DNA from: a virus
Lineage: Duplodnaviria; Caudoviricetes
DNA length: 28,838 nucleotides
Strand: one strand, 5' to 3'
Virus record (IMG/VR): IMGVR_UViG_3300050150_000043
Coordinates: 1 to 28,838 of that record
The stretch's first letter is position 1, and every line of letters begins with the position of its first letter. This document shows, one piece after another, positions 19,109 to 27,850 of the stretch. The notes under the pieces are model-generated. The model searched no databases and was not told the origin of the DNA. It saw only the letters and a program-made list of their open reading frames with translations. The position numbers and the translations under genes were made by a program.

Positions 19109-20253
19109 GTCTTATCCTTCTGCACTTTCGCGCGAATTGATTCCACAATCTGCTGCTTGGTAACCACATACTTGAATGGTTCCACCTGATTCAACAGTGC
19201 CATTGTTGCGATCGGCAACTCGCGGAATTTGGTGCCGAACTGCTTGTCCAAGTTCAAGTCACAGCTGCCGAAGTATTCACATTCCCGCCCATATGCATAG
19301 CAGGAACCGCCATCCTTGGGGAAGAAGTTGGCATCTGCATATGCCCGGATCTGATCCGCTTGCATCATCTCACCCCGCAACCATTCAATACGAGCCAGCT
19401 CCGACTTGTGGAAGTCGAAGTCAATCCAGCGCTGGTCAGTGGAGCTGTAGATGGTATACAACACATCGTAGTCAGTCTCGCCGAACTGGGACACAATGAT
19501 GGAGTAGCCAGTCGTTTGGTTGGAGTTGGCATACAGGGCAGGATGAACAGACATGAACGATGTTGTCTTGTTCTCCTTGACACGCAGCTTGCCAGTCATC
19601 TTATGGCGCAGCACTTCGTCAGCATGGCCAGTGTGGAATTGAGTCGGTTGTGCCCCTTGCAGCTGCTCACCAAGCCCAATCGAGAACCCCTCTTCACCAC
19701 TCTGCAAGTCAACCGCCACAGTTGCTTCCACATCCACAACTTCGTAGGCACCCAGCCCGAATTCCTCGTACCAGGTTGCGTACTTCTGAATTGCATAGAT
19801 GGCAAAGGCGAACGACTTCTTTGGATCGTACTTGGCTTTGAAGTCATCCGTAGCTTTGCGGCCACGGTCTTCTGCAAACAAATCAATGTCCCACGCCAGT
19901 AACGCAGCCAAGATTGCCTTGCCCATGTCCTGAGTCTGATCGTACACAGCAACGCCAGCTCCAACTGCATGGCCGAAAGCAAACGTGACGTTGTTAATGC
20001 GACGTGAACCTTCTTTGCTGGCCGCTTCCAATTTTTTTATCTGAAATTTTCTGGCGCACTGATTGAGCACGCCTTCCATGGAATAGGACACCACATTCTG
20101 GAATGCGTACAGCTGGCTGTAGTCAGTCTTAACAACGCCGGCAGCTGCGGAAATTCCAGACTCATAGTCTGATTCGGTGGAACCGCTAAGTGTGGAGTTG
20201 AGCAAGTCATCCAACTCACTCATCACTTCAGGGTTTGTTGTATCCCAAGTCAT
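19105..20253 (-). CDS. PD-(D/E)XK nuclease, Cas4/AddB-like with a probable Fe-S cysteine staple
   Basis: SYS...CARKF, FGHAVG, GHADEV...VKENKTT, Q..GY and C-terminal C.AYGRECEYFGSC. Confidence 0.82.
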   Translation of the reverse strand: MTWDTTNPEVMSELDDLLNSTLSGSTESDYESGISAAAGVVKTDYSQLYAFQNVVSYSMEGVLNQCARKFQIKKLEAASKEGSRRINNVTFAFGHAVGAGVAVYDQTQDMGKAILAALLAWDIDLFAEDRGRKATDDFKAKYDPKKSFAFAIYAIQKYATWYEEFGLGAYEVVDVEATVAVDLQSGEEGFSIGLGEQLQGAQPTQFHTGHADEVLRHKMTGKLRVKENKTTSFMSVHPALYANSNQTTGYSIIVSQFGETDYDVLYTIYSSTDQRWIDFDFHKSELARIEWLRGEMMQADQIRAYADANFFPKDGGSCYAYGRECEYFGSCDLNLDKQFGTKFRELPIATMALLNQVEPFKYVVTKQQIVESIRAKVQKDKT

Positions 20254-20596
20254 TACGACTCTCCAAAATAGTTACTAACTTCTGCTGATCCTGGGCATCG
20301 TACTGCTCTAGTACAAGTCGAACACCGTAAGGTTCCAGCATGTGACTGAATGCAGCAGGCCGCATAATGTAGCAGGCAATCAGGGCACGCTTGAGACTTG
20401 TCCCATCCACCGAATACTGGCGATCCCAGTTGGGCTTCACTGTCAGGTGGAGCATGCCCCAGTAATGCATGGCGGATCTGCGAACTACTTGCTGGGAATC
20501 CAACCGAGTGAATCCGCCAGACACGGCATAGTAGGCAAGTGCACGCGCTGCCAAGTGGATAGAGAAGTCTCTACCAACTTTAACAATTCCAGTCAT
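20228..20596 (-). CDS. Hypothetical protein, 122 aa
   Basis: AAGGAG RBS; fills the operon. Confidence 0.6.
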   Translation of the reverse strand: MTGIVKVGRDFSIHLAARALAYYAVSGGFTRLDSQQVVRRSAMHYWGMLHLTVKPNWDRQYSVDGTSLKRALIACYIMRPAAFSHMLEPYGVRLVLEQYDAQDQQKLVTILESRNDLGYNKP

Positions 20597-20605
20597 GTCG
20601 ACTCC

Positions 20606-20902
20606 TTACAAGTCGCCGATGTCCAGCTGACTGGCCTTGCTCTTGCCAGCCTTCTTGGTAGCAGTAGCTTTGATGATCTCAGTTTGGGTGTGCTTTTCAG
20701 CTGCAATGATGAGTTGATGAATTTCGTGGTCATCCAGCAAATGCACAGTTTCCGGATATGCGATAAGAACTTTGTGAGATTCACGAAGGTAGCTGGGCAT
20801 TTCCGGATCATCCTGCTTGAGTCCTTCCTCCAGCTTGGTCATGTTCAGCTTGAGCTGATCCAATACGCCAGGAGGAATGACGTTATTCTCGTCGGATTTC
20901 AT
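20606..20902 (-). CDS. Hypothetical protein, 98 aa
   Basis: AGGAG RBS, ATGA overlap, K-rich then acidic tail. Confidence 0.7.
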   Translation of the reverse strand: MKSDENNVIPPGVLDQLKLNMTKLEEGLKQDDPEMPSYLRESHKVLIAYPETVHLLDDHEIHQLIIAAEKHTQTEIIKATATKKAGKSKASQLDIGDL

Positions 20903-21099
20903 GCGAAGAACTCCTGGGTTTCCCGGTCAGTTGCAGGCTCCACTGCCAGCGCGGATTCCTCGAACGAATCTTTGGATTCCAGCAGCGCCATTTCGCAGGT
21001 GGTTGCCAAGGTGAATCCGACAACTTTCCAGGAAAACTCCACACCCCTCGGATTGGGAGCGCTGACTTTGTACACACGTTCAACCGTCTTGCGTGCCAT
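20899..21099 (-). CDS. Hypothetical protein, 66 aa
   Basis: GAGG RBS; coupled to the next gene. Confidence 0.6.
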   Translation of the reverse strand: MARKTVERVYKVSAPNPRGVEFSWKVVGFTLATTCEMALLESKDSFEESALAVEPATDRETQEFFA

Positions 21100-21108
21100 G
21101 ATAACCTC

Positions 21109-21139
21109 AAATAAAAATGCCCAGGCGAAATGCCCAGGC
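21109..21139 (-). terminator. Probable rho-independent terminator (G-U wobble stem)
   Basis: Minus strand reads GCCUGGGC-AUUUC-GCCUGGGC-AUUUUUAUUU; the 8-bp stem pairs with two G-U wobbles. Confidence 0.55.
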
Positions 21140-21154
21140 TTCGAGTTCTACTCG

Positions 21155-21397
21155 TTAAATATTAACAGAATAGATAAGCTCAAAGATCACCTTAACTTTG
21201 TGATCGCTCAGCTTAACTTTCGTGATTGTCATTTTGGAGGTTTTCAGTAGGCCCAAATCGTCACGCATTTTATTGCGCTTAGACTTGGCCCACTTCATAC
21301 ATCCGATTGTGGTGTCCACTCTACTTACGTGCGTGACTAGTTCTACCTTGCCGGTAGCAAACAGAGTGGTCACAGCAGGATCGTAGATGCTTCCCAC
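21155..21397 (-). CDS. Hypothetical basic protein, about 80 aa
   Basis: ORF fills the gap in the operon; GTG start uncertain. Confidence 0.5.
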   Translation of the reverse strand: MGSIYDPAVTTLFATGKVELVTHVSRVDTTIGCMKWAKSKRNKMRDDLGLLKTSKMTITKVKLSDHKVKVIFELIYSVNI

Positions 21398-21400
21398 AGA

Positions 21401-21784
21401 TTACTTTCGCACGCGGTAGAGAGCGTCTTTCAGCTCAGGGTAGAACGTAAGAACACCACGAGATTCCACGAACACATCCACCCACAGCAATATCTTCACA
21501 CCAAGTTTGTCATGCACCAACCACCAGTGCACACGATCCTGGCCGTCAAAGTCAGTCTGAGTGGTGGCAATGAACTGGAGAGGGTAGAATGCAAGGAGGC
21601 CTGGAAGCTCCCAATACTGCACAACTGTACCGATCGGCTCCACAAGTGCATTGCCACGCTTGACAGACTTGACGTGCTGAATTCGATCGTAAAGCTCCAC
21701 ATAATCACGCAAGTTGTTGGTTGTGTCAGCCCAGCTCTCACACCGGGCAAAGCCTTCTACAAATCCGAACTCACAGGGGTCCAC
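21401..21784 (-). CDS. Hypothetical protein, about 127 aa (start uncertain)
   Basis: ORF 21401..21895; the GTG at 21784 was chosen to minimise overlap with the upstream gene. Confidence 0.5.
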   Translation of the reverse strand: MDPCEFGFVEGFARCESWADTTNNLRDYVELYDRIQHVKSVKRGNALVEPIGTVVQYWELPGLLAFYPLQFIATTQTDFDGQDRVHWWLVHDKLGVKILLWVDVFVESRGVLTFYPELKDALYRVRK

Positions 21785-22038
21785 AATCTTGTCTTCCGGG
21801 ACGCCAGCGGACTCAAACTGAAAGTCGCTTCCAGAGTTTCCTTGTTCCATTTGCAAGCCACATAACTTTCTGACCATTTCCAGTCGAAGCCACACGCGTT
21901 GAACTCTTGCTTAGATTTTCTAAACTTGCGAATCAAAGCTGTGCGTAAACTGTCGTAGCCTCGTTGATCGGGTATCTGCAATGTGACGGTCTCGCCAAAC
22001 TGCAACTCGTTGTAGATGTCCTGAAGTGAGAGTGACAT
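21757..22038 (-). CDS. Hypothetical protein, 93 aa
   Basis: AGGAGGA RBS upstream. Confidence 0.65.
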   Translation of the reverse strand: MSLSLQDIYNELQFGETVTLQIPDQRGYDSLRTALIRKFRKSKQEFNACGFDWKWSESYVACKWNKETLEATFSLSPLASRKTRLWTPVSSDL

Positions 22039-22057
22039 TTAACTATGTCCTCCTACT

Positions 22058-22095
22058 AAAAGAAAAAACCCCAGCAGATTTCTCTGCCAGGGCTT
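22058..22095 (-). terminator. Rho-independent terminator
   Basis: Minus strand AAGCCCUGGCAGA-GAAA-UCUGCUGGGGUUUUUUCUUUU: long stem, GNRA loop and U-tract. Confidence 0.8.
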
Positions 22096-22133
22096 CTGTG
22101 AGGTGAATGGCGCCGCAGCGCCGAGCCACTGAA

Positions 22134-22880
22134 TTACAGGGCGTCCACGTCGATGCGGTCTTCTTCCGTCAGGTACTTCGTCAGGGTGTCGTTCATGCGC
22201 GTGTACTGCGTGCTGAATTCGTCCAAAGAAGTTGCGGCCGAAGCGTAGATGGCCAGCTGTTCCACCAGAACTTGCAGCAGGTCCTTGCGCGCGCGGTACT
22301 TGGCAGGCTTCTTGAAGATGTCGATGTGCTTTTCCAGCTTTTCCAGGGGCTTGCCGGTGGCCTGAACCATCGTGTTGAGGTAGTCCTTGAACCAGTCGTT
22401 CCACTCTTCTTCCGAGATGGCAGCGGCACCACGACGGGCAGGCGGAATCGACGCGATGTATTCCAGCGTCAGCTTGTCGTAATCCAGGAACGAGACGTTC
22501 ACGGTCTTGGTCTTGTCGGCACCGAACGATTCGATGGCGGCATCCAGCTGCTGCTTGGCTTGGCTGAAGATCACCTCACTGACGGCATCAACGATCAGTT
22601 GCTTCTGCACGTTCGGGCGCGTGACAATGGAACCGTCAGGCTGAGTGTCAGTGAAGTTGTCCGGCTGTTCCAGAATGGCGATCAGCGAAGTGCCGGTGGG
22701 AATGGGAATGGGAGCTTCCAGGCTGGGTTGCTTGGGCAGCTTCTCGATTTCTTCGCCCTTCTCGTTCTTCAGGCTGCGAGCCTTGAAGTTGAACTTGCGA
22801 ACCACAGAGATCAAACCTTCTGCGAACGTGCGAGCGGTGGGGGCGACGATGCCGTCGATGTTGGTGTTTTCTTCAGACAT
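22134..22880 (-). CDS. Unknown protein, 248 aa, probably highly expressed
   Basis: ATG at 22880 (MSEENTNIDG) with an AAGGA RBS, strong C/G third-position bias, own promoter and terminator. Confidence 0.8.
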   Translation of the reverse strand: MSEENTNIDGIVAPTARTFAEGLISVVRKFNFKARSLKNEKGEEIEKLPKQPSLEAPIPIPTGTSLIAILEQPDNFTDTQPDGSIVTRPNVQKQLIVDAVSEVIFSQAKQQLDAAIESFGADKTKTVNVSFLDYDKLTLEYIASIPPARRGAAAISEEEWNDWFKDYLNTMVQATGKPLEKLEKHIDIFKKPAKYRARKDLLQVLVEQLAIYASAATSLDEFSTQYTRMNDTLTKYLTEEDRIDVDAL

Positions 22881-22971
22881 TTTCAATTCCTTTTGGGAAG
22901 AAGAGACCGGCATTGCCGGCGGTTGAATTGGCATCTAACTTTTGGGTGTTATTTGCCGGAGGTGAGATCGC

Positions 22972-22999
22972 AGTATGCCACAGGAATACCGCGTGTCAA
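22972..22999 (-). promoter_or_regulatory. Sigma70-type promoter
   Basis: TTGACA-16 nt-CATACT, with TGG immediately before the -10 box; intergenic. Confidence 0.7.
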
Positions 23000-23004
23000 G
23001 GGGG

Positions 23005-23358
23005 TCAGCCTTCCTTCTGAGTTTTTTCAGGAATCTTTTCTTCCTGCTCAAGAAGGTACTGACCATGAATTCGCAGGTTAGCTGCATGAGCTGATCGTGT
23101 CAGCTTGTCCAGTGCCAGTTGGCAGCGCTCAATGTCCAGCTTCAGTTGCTGGAAGTAATCACCAGTTGAGTTTTCCATGTTGGCAGTAGCTTCACGATCA
23201 ATTCTGCGTCTCAGCCCACTGAGACTTGCGGCTGCCCCCATTGCAGTTCTCAATGTCCAGGCCACTGCACGCTGTCGGTTCTGCGCCTTGGTGGGAGTTT
23301 GGAACAGCTTCTTTTGCTTGCTATCAGTCTTGTCGGTCTTGTCGGTCTTGTCGGTCAT
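23005..23358 (-). CDS. Hypothetical protein, 117 aa
   Basis: AAGGA RBS; N-terminal TDK repeats. Confidence 0.65.
   Translation of the reverse strand: MTDKTDKTDKTDSKQKKLFQTPTKAQNRQRAVAWTLRTAMGAAASLSGLRRRIDREATANMENSTGDYFQQLKLDIERCQLALDKLTRSAHAANLRIHGQYLLEQEEKIPEKTQKEG
23327..23356. repeat. 9-bp tandem repeat (GTCTTGTCG x3 plus a partial copy) encoding TDK repeats
   Basis: Read directly from the sequence. Confidence 0.85.
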
Positions 23359-23385
23359 GATTAGTTTCCTTCTGCACTGTTGTGC

Positions 23386-25137
23386 TTAGTTGTTAACAAA
23401 CATCTGCTGGTATTCTTTGGCTTTTCCTTTGAAATACTCAGCCTTCTCTGCCAGGGTAACTCCCTTAATCTCGGGTGTGCGTGCAGCTTTCGTCAAGCTG
23501 TCCATGCTACCATCTTTTCCAGGATCCATGAATATGATGAGATCATGACGTGCGCGTGTGATCCCAGTGTACATCAACTCACGCGTGATTGCTACATTGT
23601 GAGTGTAGTGCAAAGCAATGAATACTCGCTTCCATTCCGAACCTTGCGACTTGTGAACCGTAATGGCGTAACCCAGCAACAGCTTGTTGATGTCACCAGA
23701 AGCTGAGATTTCCCGAGTCTGGCCGGAATCCACAAATCGCAACTTGATTGTGTGAGATGCGGAATTCTTTTCCCGCTCGCCACCCAATGTGCCAGATTCC
23801 AATTCATCCATGAGATCCATGTCTGACTTCTGTTGAACTGCGTGGGCTTGCCCGTCATCATAGGAACCATCCCGACGTAGGTGAGCAGATTCCTCTCTGG
23901 ACAGTTTCCCACAATAGCCAACTGCCGGACGAATCTCGTCGATGTATGCTTCCATTTGGTCGTAAAGAACTTTGTCCCCCACGGCCCAATAAGATGCAGT
24001 TCCCCGGGCAATCACTTCATAAGTGACACCACCACGATCCTGCGTCAATCGTTGCGCAATGATTTTGTTCAGCTCAAGTGTGCCAAACTTCACATTGAAT
24101 GGGCAGAGAATGATGTCCTGCGCTGGATCATACAAACCCGCATCCATGTACTGCAACATTACGGCGCCCATAGTTTTCACACCAGCCAAGTCATTCATGC
24201 GACGTTTCCAGGGTCGAACTTCCACACGTCCATGTTCCCCGGCATCTTCCACATAGTTACCTTTCTCATTGGCTTTCCAATTGAACGACTTGCCTTCCCG
24301 AATTCTGTGGGCGAGTGCAATGATTGGCGACTGCAATGCTTGACGATACACATGCAGCAGTTCCACCGTCTGGAGTTCCACCAGTTTGAAGCCCAGCACA
24401 GAAGGTCCGAACACAGGAGGCAACTGATTCAAGTCTCCCAAGAAAATCTCCTGCGGTTGGCAGCCTTCAGGAAGTGCATTCCGGTACATGGAATACAAGT
24501 CGGTGCCGATCATTGAGGATTCTTCAAAGATCACACAGGAGATGTGCGGCAGTGGAGACATCCGCGTCATTGTGGGGCCGAAGCCTGTGATCTTCCCGTT
24601 GAGATCCCGCAGTGGCTCGAATTCAAGAACTTTGTGCAAAGTCATGCAGTGATCCTGCAATTCCTTGGGAAGCTGTTTCTTAATGTTATTCACCGCCTTA
24701 TTTGTGAAGGATACGATGATGATTGCCGGTGCACCTTTCACCAGATATTTCGTGCTGGAATCGAACAAGCCAATGTGGGGCAACTTGACGAGCTGTCCAA
24801 TCACTTCCTTGGTTGTGGTTGTCTTGCCAGTTCCTGCCGCACCAATCATGCAGAATGATTTACCACGCATGGCGAGTTCAATTGCTGCAATTTGACAGTC
24901 GTTGTATTCCATCCCCACAACAGTAGGGTGGAAACTCCCATGAGCAGTGAAAATGGATTTCACAGGCTGGGCAATCTGAGTGGGGGCAGACACAAGTGCA
25001 GCCACAACCGGAGACACGGACAAATCGGAAGCTTCCAGCTTGGCAGCATCTTTTGCCAGCTTCTCCTGTCGATATTTTTCTGCGGCAATTTTGGCTTTGG
25101 CAAGCAGTGCTTCCTGAGCCGGAGTAAGTTTGGCCAT
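23386..25137 (-). CDS. RecD/Dda-like SF1B helicase
   Basis: GAAGTGKTTT, TLHKVLEF, IFEESSM, LGDLNQLPPV, YRQ, YAITVHKSQGSEW and YTGITRAR. Confidence 0.92.
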   Translation of the reverse strand: MAKLTPAQEALLAKAKIAAEKYRQEKLAKDAAKLEASDLSVSPVVAALVSAPTQIAQPVKSIFTAHGSFHPTVVGMEYNDCQIAAIELAMRGKSFCMIGAAGTGKTTTTKEVIGQLVKLPHIGLFDSSTKYLVKGAPAIIIVSFTNKAVNNIKKQLPKELQDHCMTLHKVLEFEPLRDLNGKITGFGPTMTRMSPLPHISCVIFEESSMIGTDLYSMYRNALPEGCQPQEIFLGDLNQLPPVFGPSVLGFKLVELQTVELLHVYRQALQSPIIALAHRIREGKSFNWKANEKGNYVEDAGEHGRVEVRPWKRRMNDLAGVKTMGAVMLQYMDAGLYDPAQDIILCPFNVKFGTLELNKIIAQRLTQDRGGVTYEVIARGTASYWAVGDKVLYDQMEAYIDEIRPAVGYCGKLSREESAHLRRDGSYDDGQAHAVQQKSDMDLMDELESGTLGGEREKNSASHTIKLRFVDSGQTREISASGDINKLLLGYAITVHKSQGSEWKRVFIALHYTHNVAITRELMYTGITRARHDLIIFMDPGKDGSMDSLTKAARTPEIKGVTLAEKAEYFKGKAKEYQQMFVNN

Positions 25138-25146
25138 AGTAATTCC

Positions 25147-25536
25147 TTAATAGGGGTGAGTTGATTGTGGATTGGAGCGAGATTCGGCAATGGATTCCTT
25201 GAGGGAAATTCTCTTGTGGAGAATTACAATTCGACCATGCAAACTGGTTCTGCGAAATTCCAACTCAATTTGTTGATTGTCATTCCAGCGTGCGTACTCT
25301 AGGTGGGTGGGAGTAGCACTGTTGCGCCACACAATTTCCCACTCTTCCGCCCAGAAAAGCAGGTGAGTTTTGGAATCATTCAGCTTCTCCTCCAGCTGCA
25401 CCAAAGCACAGTAATCTTGATGTGCCCACTGAATCATCCGCTTCACATGTGGAGACAATGCCATGGCAGGAAAGTATTTCAGAGAGAATCCCAGCTGAGT
25501 TTGCGTGGGATCGTAAATGCAATTGTAAAGTGCCAT
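25147..25536 (-). CDS. Hypothetical protein, about 129 aa (MALYNCIYDP...)
   Basis: GGGGAG RBS before the ATG at 25536. Confidence 0.6.
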   Translation of the reverse strand: MALYNCIYDPTQTQLGFSLKYFPAMALSPHVKRMIQWAHQDYCALVQLEEKLNDSKTHLLFWAEEWEIVWRNSATPTHLEYARWNDNQQIELEFRRTSLHGRIVILHKRISLKESIAESRSNPQSTHPY

Positions 25537-25538
25537 GA

Positions 25539-26654
25539 TTAGCTCCCCTTGAGTTGATTGCGCTGTTGCAGCAGATCGAAACGACCCTTCAGAATCCGCC
25601 ACTGAGCTTGAGCTTTTAGGAACAAGCCGAGAGTAGCAAAATCCTTTTGCTGGGGTTCTGGTGGAACTTCTGTGATTACCTTGGCAGCTTCGTCAAAGGA
25701 ACCAAAAAATGCAGCCTCAGCTTCAATTTCCTTCTTCGTGGTTGCCGGGGCGTCGATAATTCTGCCAACCACAGTGAAGCTGTTGTTGAAATCATTGATG
25801 TGCTCACTGATTGCAGACAACCGCGTGCGGATGTAGTGCATGATTTCGTTGCCAATATCGCAATGTTCCACAATGGCTTCAATCAAATCATCCACGTCGT
25901 CAATCAGCCACAATTCAGGTTCCAGATCGCCCGACATGAAGATGGACTTGAATGTTTCCAGCCGCTTCAAGCCGACCACACCAGCTAATTGTAAAGCGAT
26001 CCAGTTCCACACTTTCCGATTATCAATTCGGGTGTAGTGCTGTGACTTGATTGACTTGACAGCCGCATCGCGAAGTTTCAATTCTTCGTCACGCTCAATC
26101 TGTCGGGTTTTTTTTTCCCACAACGACTTGATATCATAGCAGTCATCCAGCCAGAAGCGAAGATTTATCCAGCCGACATTGTCATTGGCGCGAGATACAG
26201 AATATTTCGGCAATGGTGTTCGCTTGGAAGTTTCCATCAAGTACCACTTTGCCAAGTGATAAACTCGGGCAGCTGATCCGGCAGTTACTGGCCAGGATGG
26301 AACGCCCGGAACTTCTTGTTTCAGCACATCCAAGCGGTGAAGAAGACAGCAAGTTAGCACTTGCAATCGAGTGACTTGATCCGCTCGATCGTACCATTCC
26401 ATATCATTGAACCAATCAAGTGATTCTTTGAATTTCTTCAGCAGATGATAGTCAGTTTGCGCGAAGAACGGATGGAGAATCTGCAACCGGTTGAAATCTT
26501 GCATGAACGGGATGGAACCTTCAACAAGCTGAACTTGAAGAGTTCCAAGCACAACGCCAGAAAGCCCACAACTTACAGGTTGCAGGAACTTGTGATTGGA
26601 AGTGTCCACAGTGGCAATGTGATTGCTTGGGACAGGAGAGGAATCTCTTGACAT
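25539..26654 (-). CDS. Unknown helical protein, about 371 aa
   Basis: Long ORF; GGAG RBS before the ATG at 26654; no motif recognised. Confidence 0.8.
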   Translation of the reverse strand: MSRDSSPVPSNHIATVDTSNHKFLQPVSCGLSGVVLGTLQVQLVEGSIPFMQDFNRLQILHPFFAQTDYHLLKKFKESLDWFNDMEWYDRADQVTRLQVLTCCLLHRLDVLKQEVPGVPSWPVTAGSAARVYHLAKWYLMETSKRTPLPKYSVSRANDNVGWINLRFWLDDCYDIKSLWEKKTRQIERDEELKLRDAAVKSIKSQHYTRIDNRKVWNWIALQLAGVVGLKRLETFKSIFMSGDLEPELWLIDDVDDLIEAIVEHCDIGNEIMHYIRTRLSAISEHINDFNNSFTVVGRIIDAPATTKKEIEAEAAFFGSFDEAAKVITEVPPEPQQKDFATLGLFLKAQAQWRILKGRFDLLQQRNQLKGS

Positions 26655-26692
26655 TAGTAGCTCCAAGTAGTTGGAAATTAGTTAGTAGGAAA

Positions 26693-27049
26693 TTATTTTG
26701 CTGGTGGGAGCTGATCCAGGTAGCCCACAATTCGCAATTCAAACTTGCTGTAATCCTCTTGGATCAGCTCCTGCTGCATTTTACTTGTGCCGTCAGAAAA
26801 CACCTCGTCGATGATGACAAGGGTATGACGTATTCCTGTGAATCTTCCGGTTGACGTCCCGGGTGAAACAACGCAGGATGCTTGCCTGTTATCCATCGCC
26901 TTATCTAGCTCCTGCTTATAATCATCAAACATGACTTGTGGAAACAAGCCAGATTGTCCCATTCGATGTTTTGCATGTTTGTTTCGTTCTGCCAGTCGCT
27001 GCGCTTCACGCTCTTGCAATTCCAGCAGGTGGCGTTTCATATTGCTCAT
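26693..27049 (-). CDS. Hypothetical protein, 118 aa
   Basis: GGAGGT RBS; ATGA overlap. Confidence 0.65.
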   Translation of the reverse strand: MSNMKRHLLELQEREAQRLAERNKHAKHRMGQSGLFPQVMFDDYKQELDKAMDNRQASCVVSPGTSTGRFTGIRHTLVIIDEVFSDGTSKMQQELIQEDYSKFELRIVGYLDQLPPAK

Positions 27050-27372
27050 ACTTTACCTCCAAGAAAAAATGGAATCAGTTTTGCTTTCGGTTTGGCTGCT
27101 TTGTATTCCAGCACAGCCGGCTTAAAGTTTGCCCATGTGGACGAGCGAACCAGAATTCTGTATTCCACATCATCTTCAATTTGGGCATCGTTGGAGTATT
27201 CTCGCAACTCGAACAATTCCACCGTTGTGTTGTGTGGATGCGGTCCAGTCGGAGTGTGCAAGGTTCTGTCTGCAATTGGCACTTCAATGGATGCGAGAGG
27301 TGGAATCATGTGGATGTCTTGCGGTTCCACAATCGTGCGATTCGTTCTGCGATTCACATGTAGTAGTTTCAT
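27046..27372 (-). CDS. Hypothetical protein, 108 aa
   Basis: GGAG RBS. Confidence 0.65.
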   Translation of the reverse strand: MKLLHVNRRTNRTIVEPQDIHMIPPLASIEVPIADRTLHTPTGPHPHNTTVELFELREYSNDAQIEDDVEYRILVRSSTWANFKPAVLEYKAAKPKAKLIPFFLGGKV

Positions 27373-27384
27373 AATTCACTCCAG

Positions 27385-27831
27385 TTAGTACAACTCAGGG
27401 TTCACAAAAAACACGCACACAATCTTCGGCACGCATTCTGCATTCGCTCCATCTACTTCCAGCGCGTCCACTAGTGAGTTGTACACATCCAGAATGGTTT
27501 CGTCATCTGGTCGAAGATAGTAATCCAGTTTCATGCGAGGACTGCGAACACTCAGCTTCCAGCACTCAATTGCAATCCACGGGCGATTTAGAATGGATGT
27601 GTAAGCAGTGTTCCGCCGGAAGTTGTGAATCCACTTCGTCACATCGAGATCGTGCGCCCATTCATGGGAGTCGCTGGGACTGTATGCGATTGCTTGATTG
27701 CCAATTTGCAGGGGCTGTTCCATTGATCCCCAGGAGTTGGGTGGATCGAGTGGTTTGTAGTTATCCAGCGCATCCAGAACAGCTTGATCGGCTGGGTTGT
27801 TGGGAATGTTAGTGTTGTTAATGTTGGTCAT
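27385..27831 (-). CDS. Hypothetical protein, 148 aa
   Basis: AGGAG RBS. Confidence 0.7.
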   Translation of the reverse strand: MTNINNTNIPNNPADQAVLDALDNYKPLDPPNSWGSMEQPLQIGNQAIAYSPSDSHEWAHDLDVTKWIHNFRRNTAYTSILNRPWIAIECWKLSVRSPRMKLDYYLRPDDETILDVYNSLVDALEVDGANAECVPKIVCVFFVNPELY

Positions 27832-27850
27832 GATTGTTTGTAGCTCCTAA

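Noticed and set aside
19105-20253. Cas4-like gene as evidence of a CRISPR system
   Set aside because: No repeat-spacer array or other cas genes; solo Cas4-like nucleases are common in phages.
20342-21250. 302-aa + strand ORF
   Set aside because: Antisense to several coupled minus-strand genes; no RBS or motif.
22107-23081. 324-aa + strand ORF
   Set aside because: Antisense shadow caused by the codon bias of the 22134-22880 gene.
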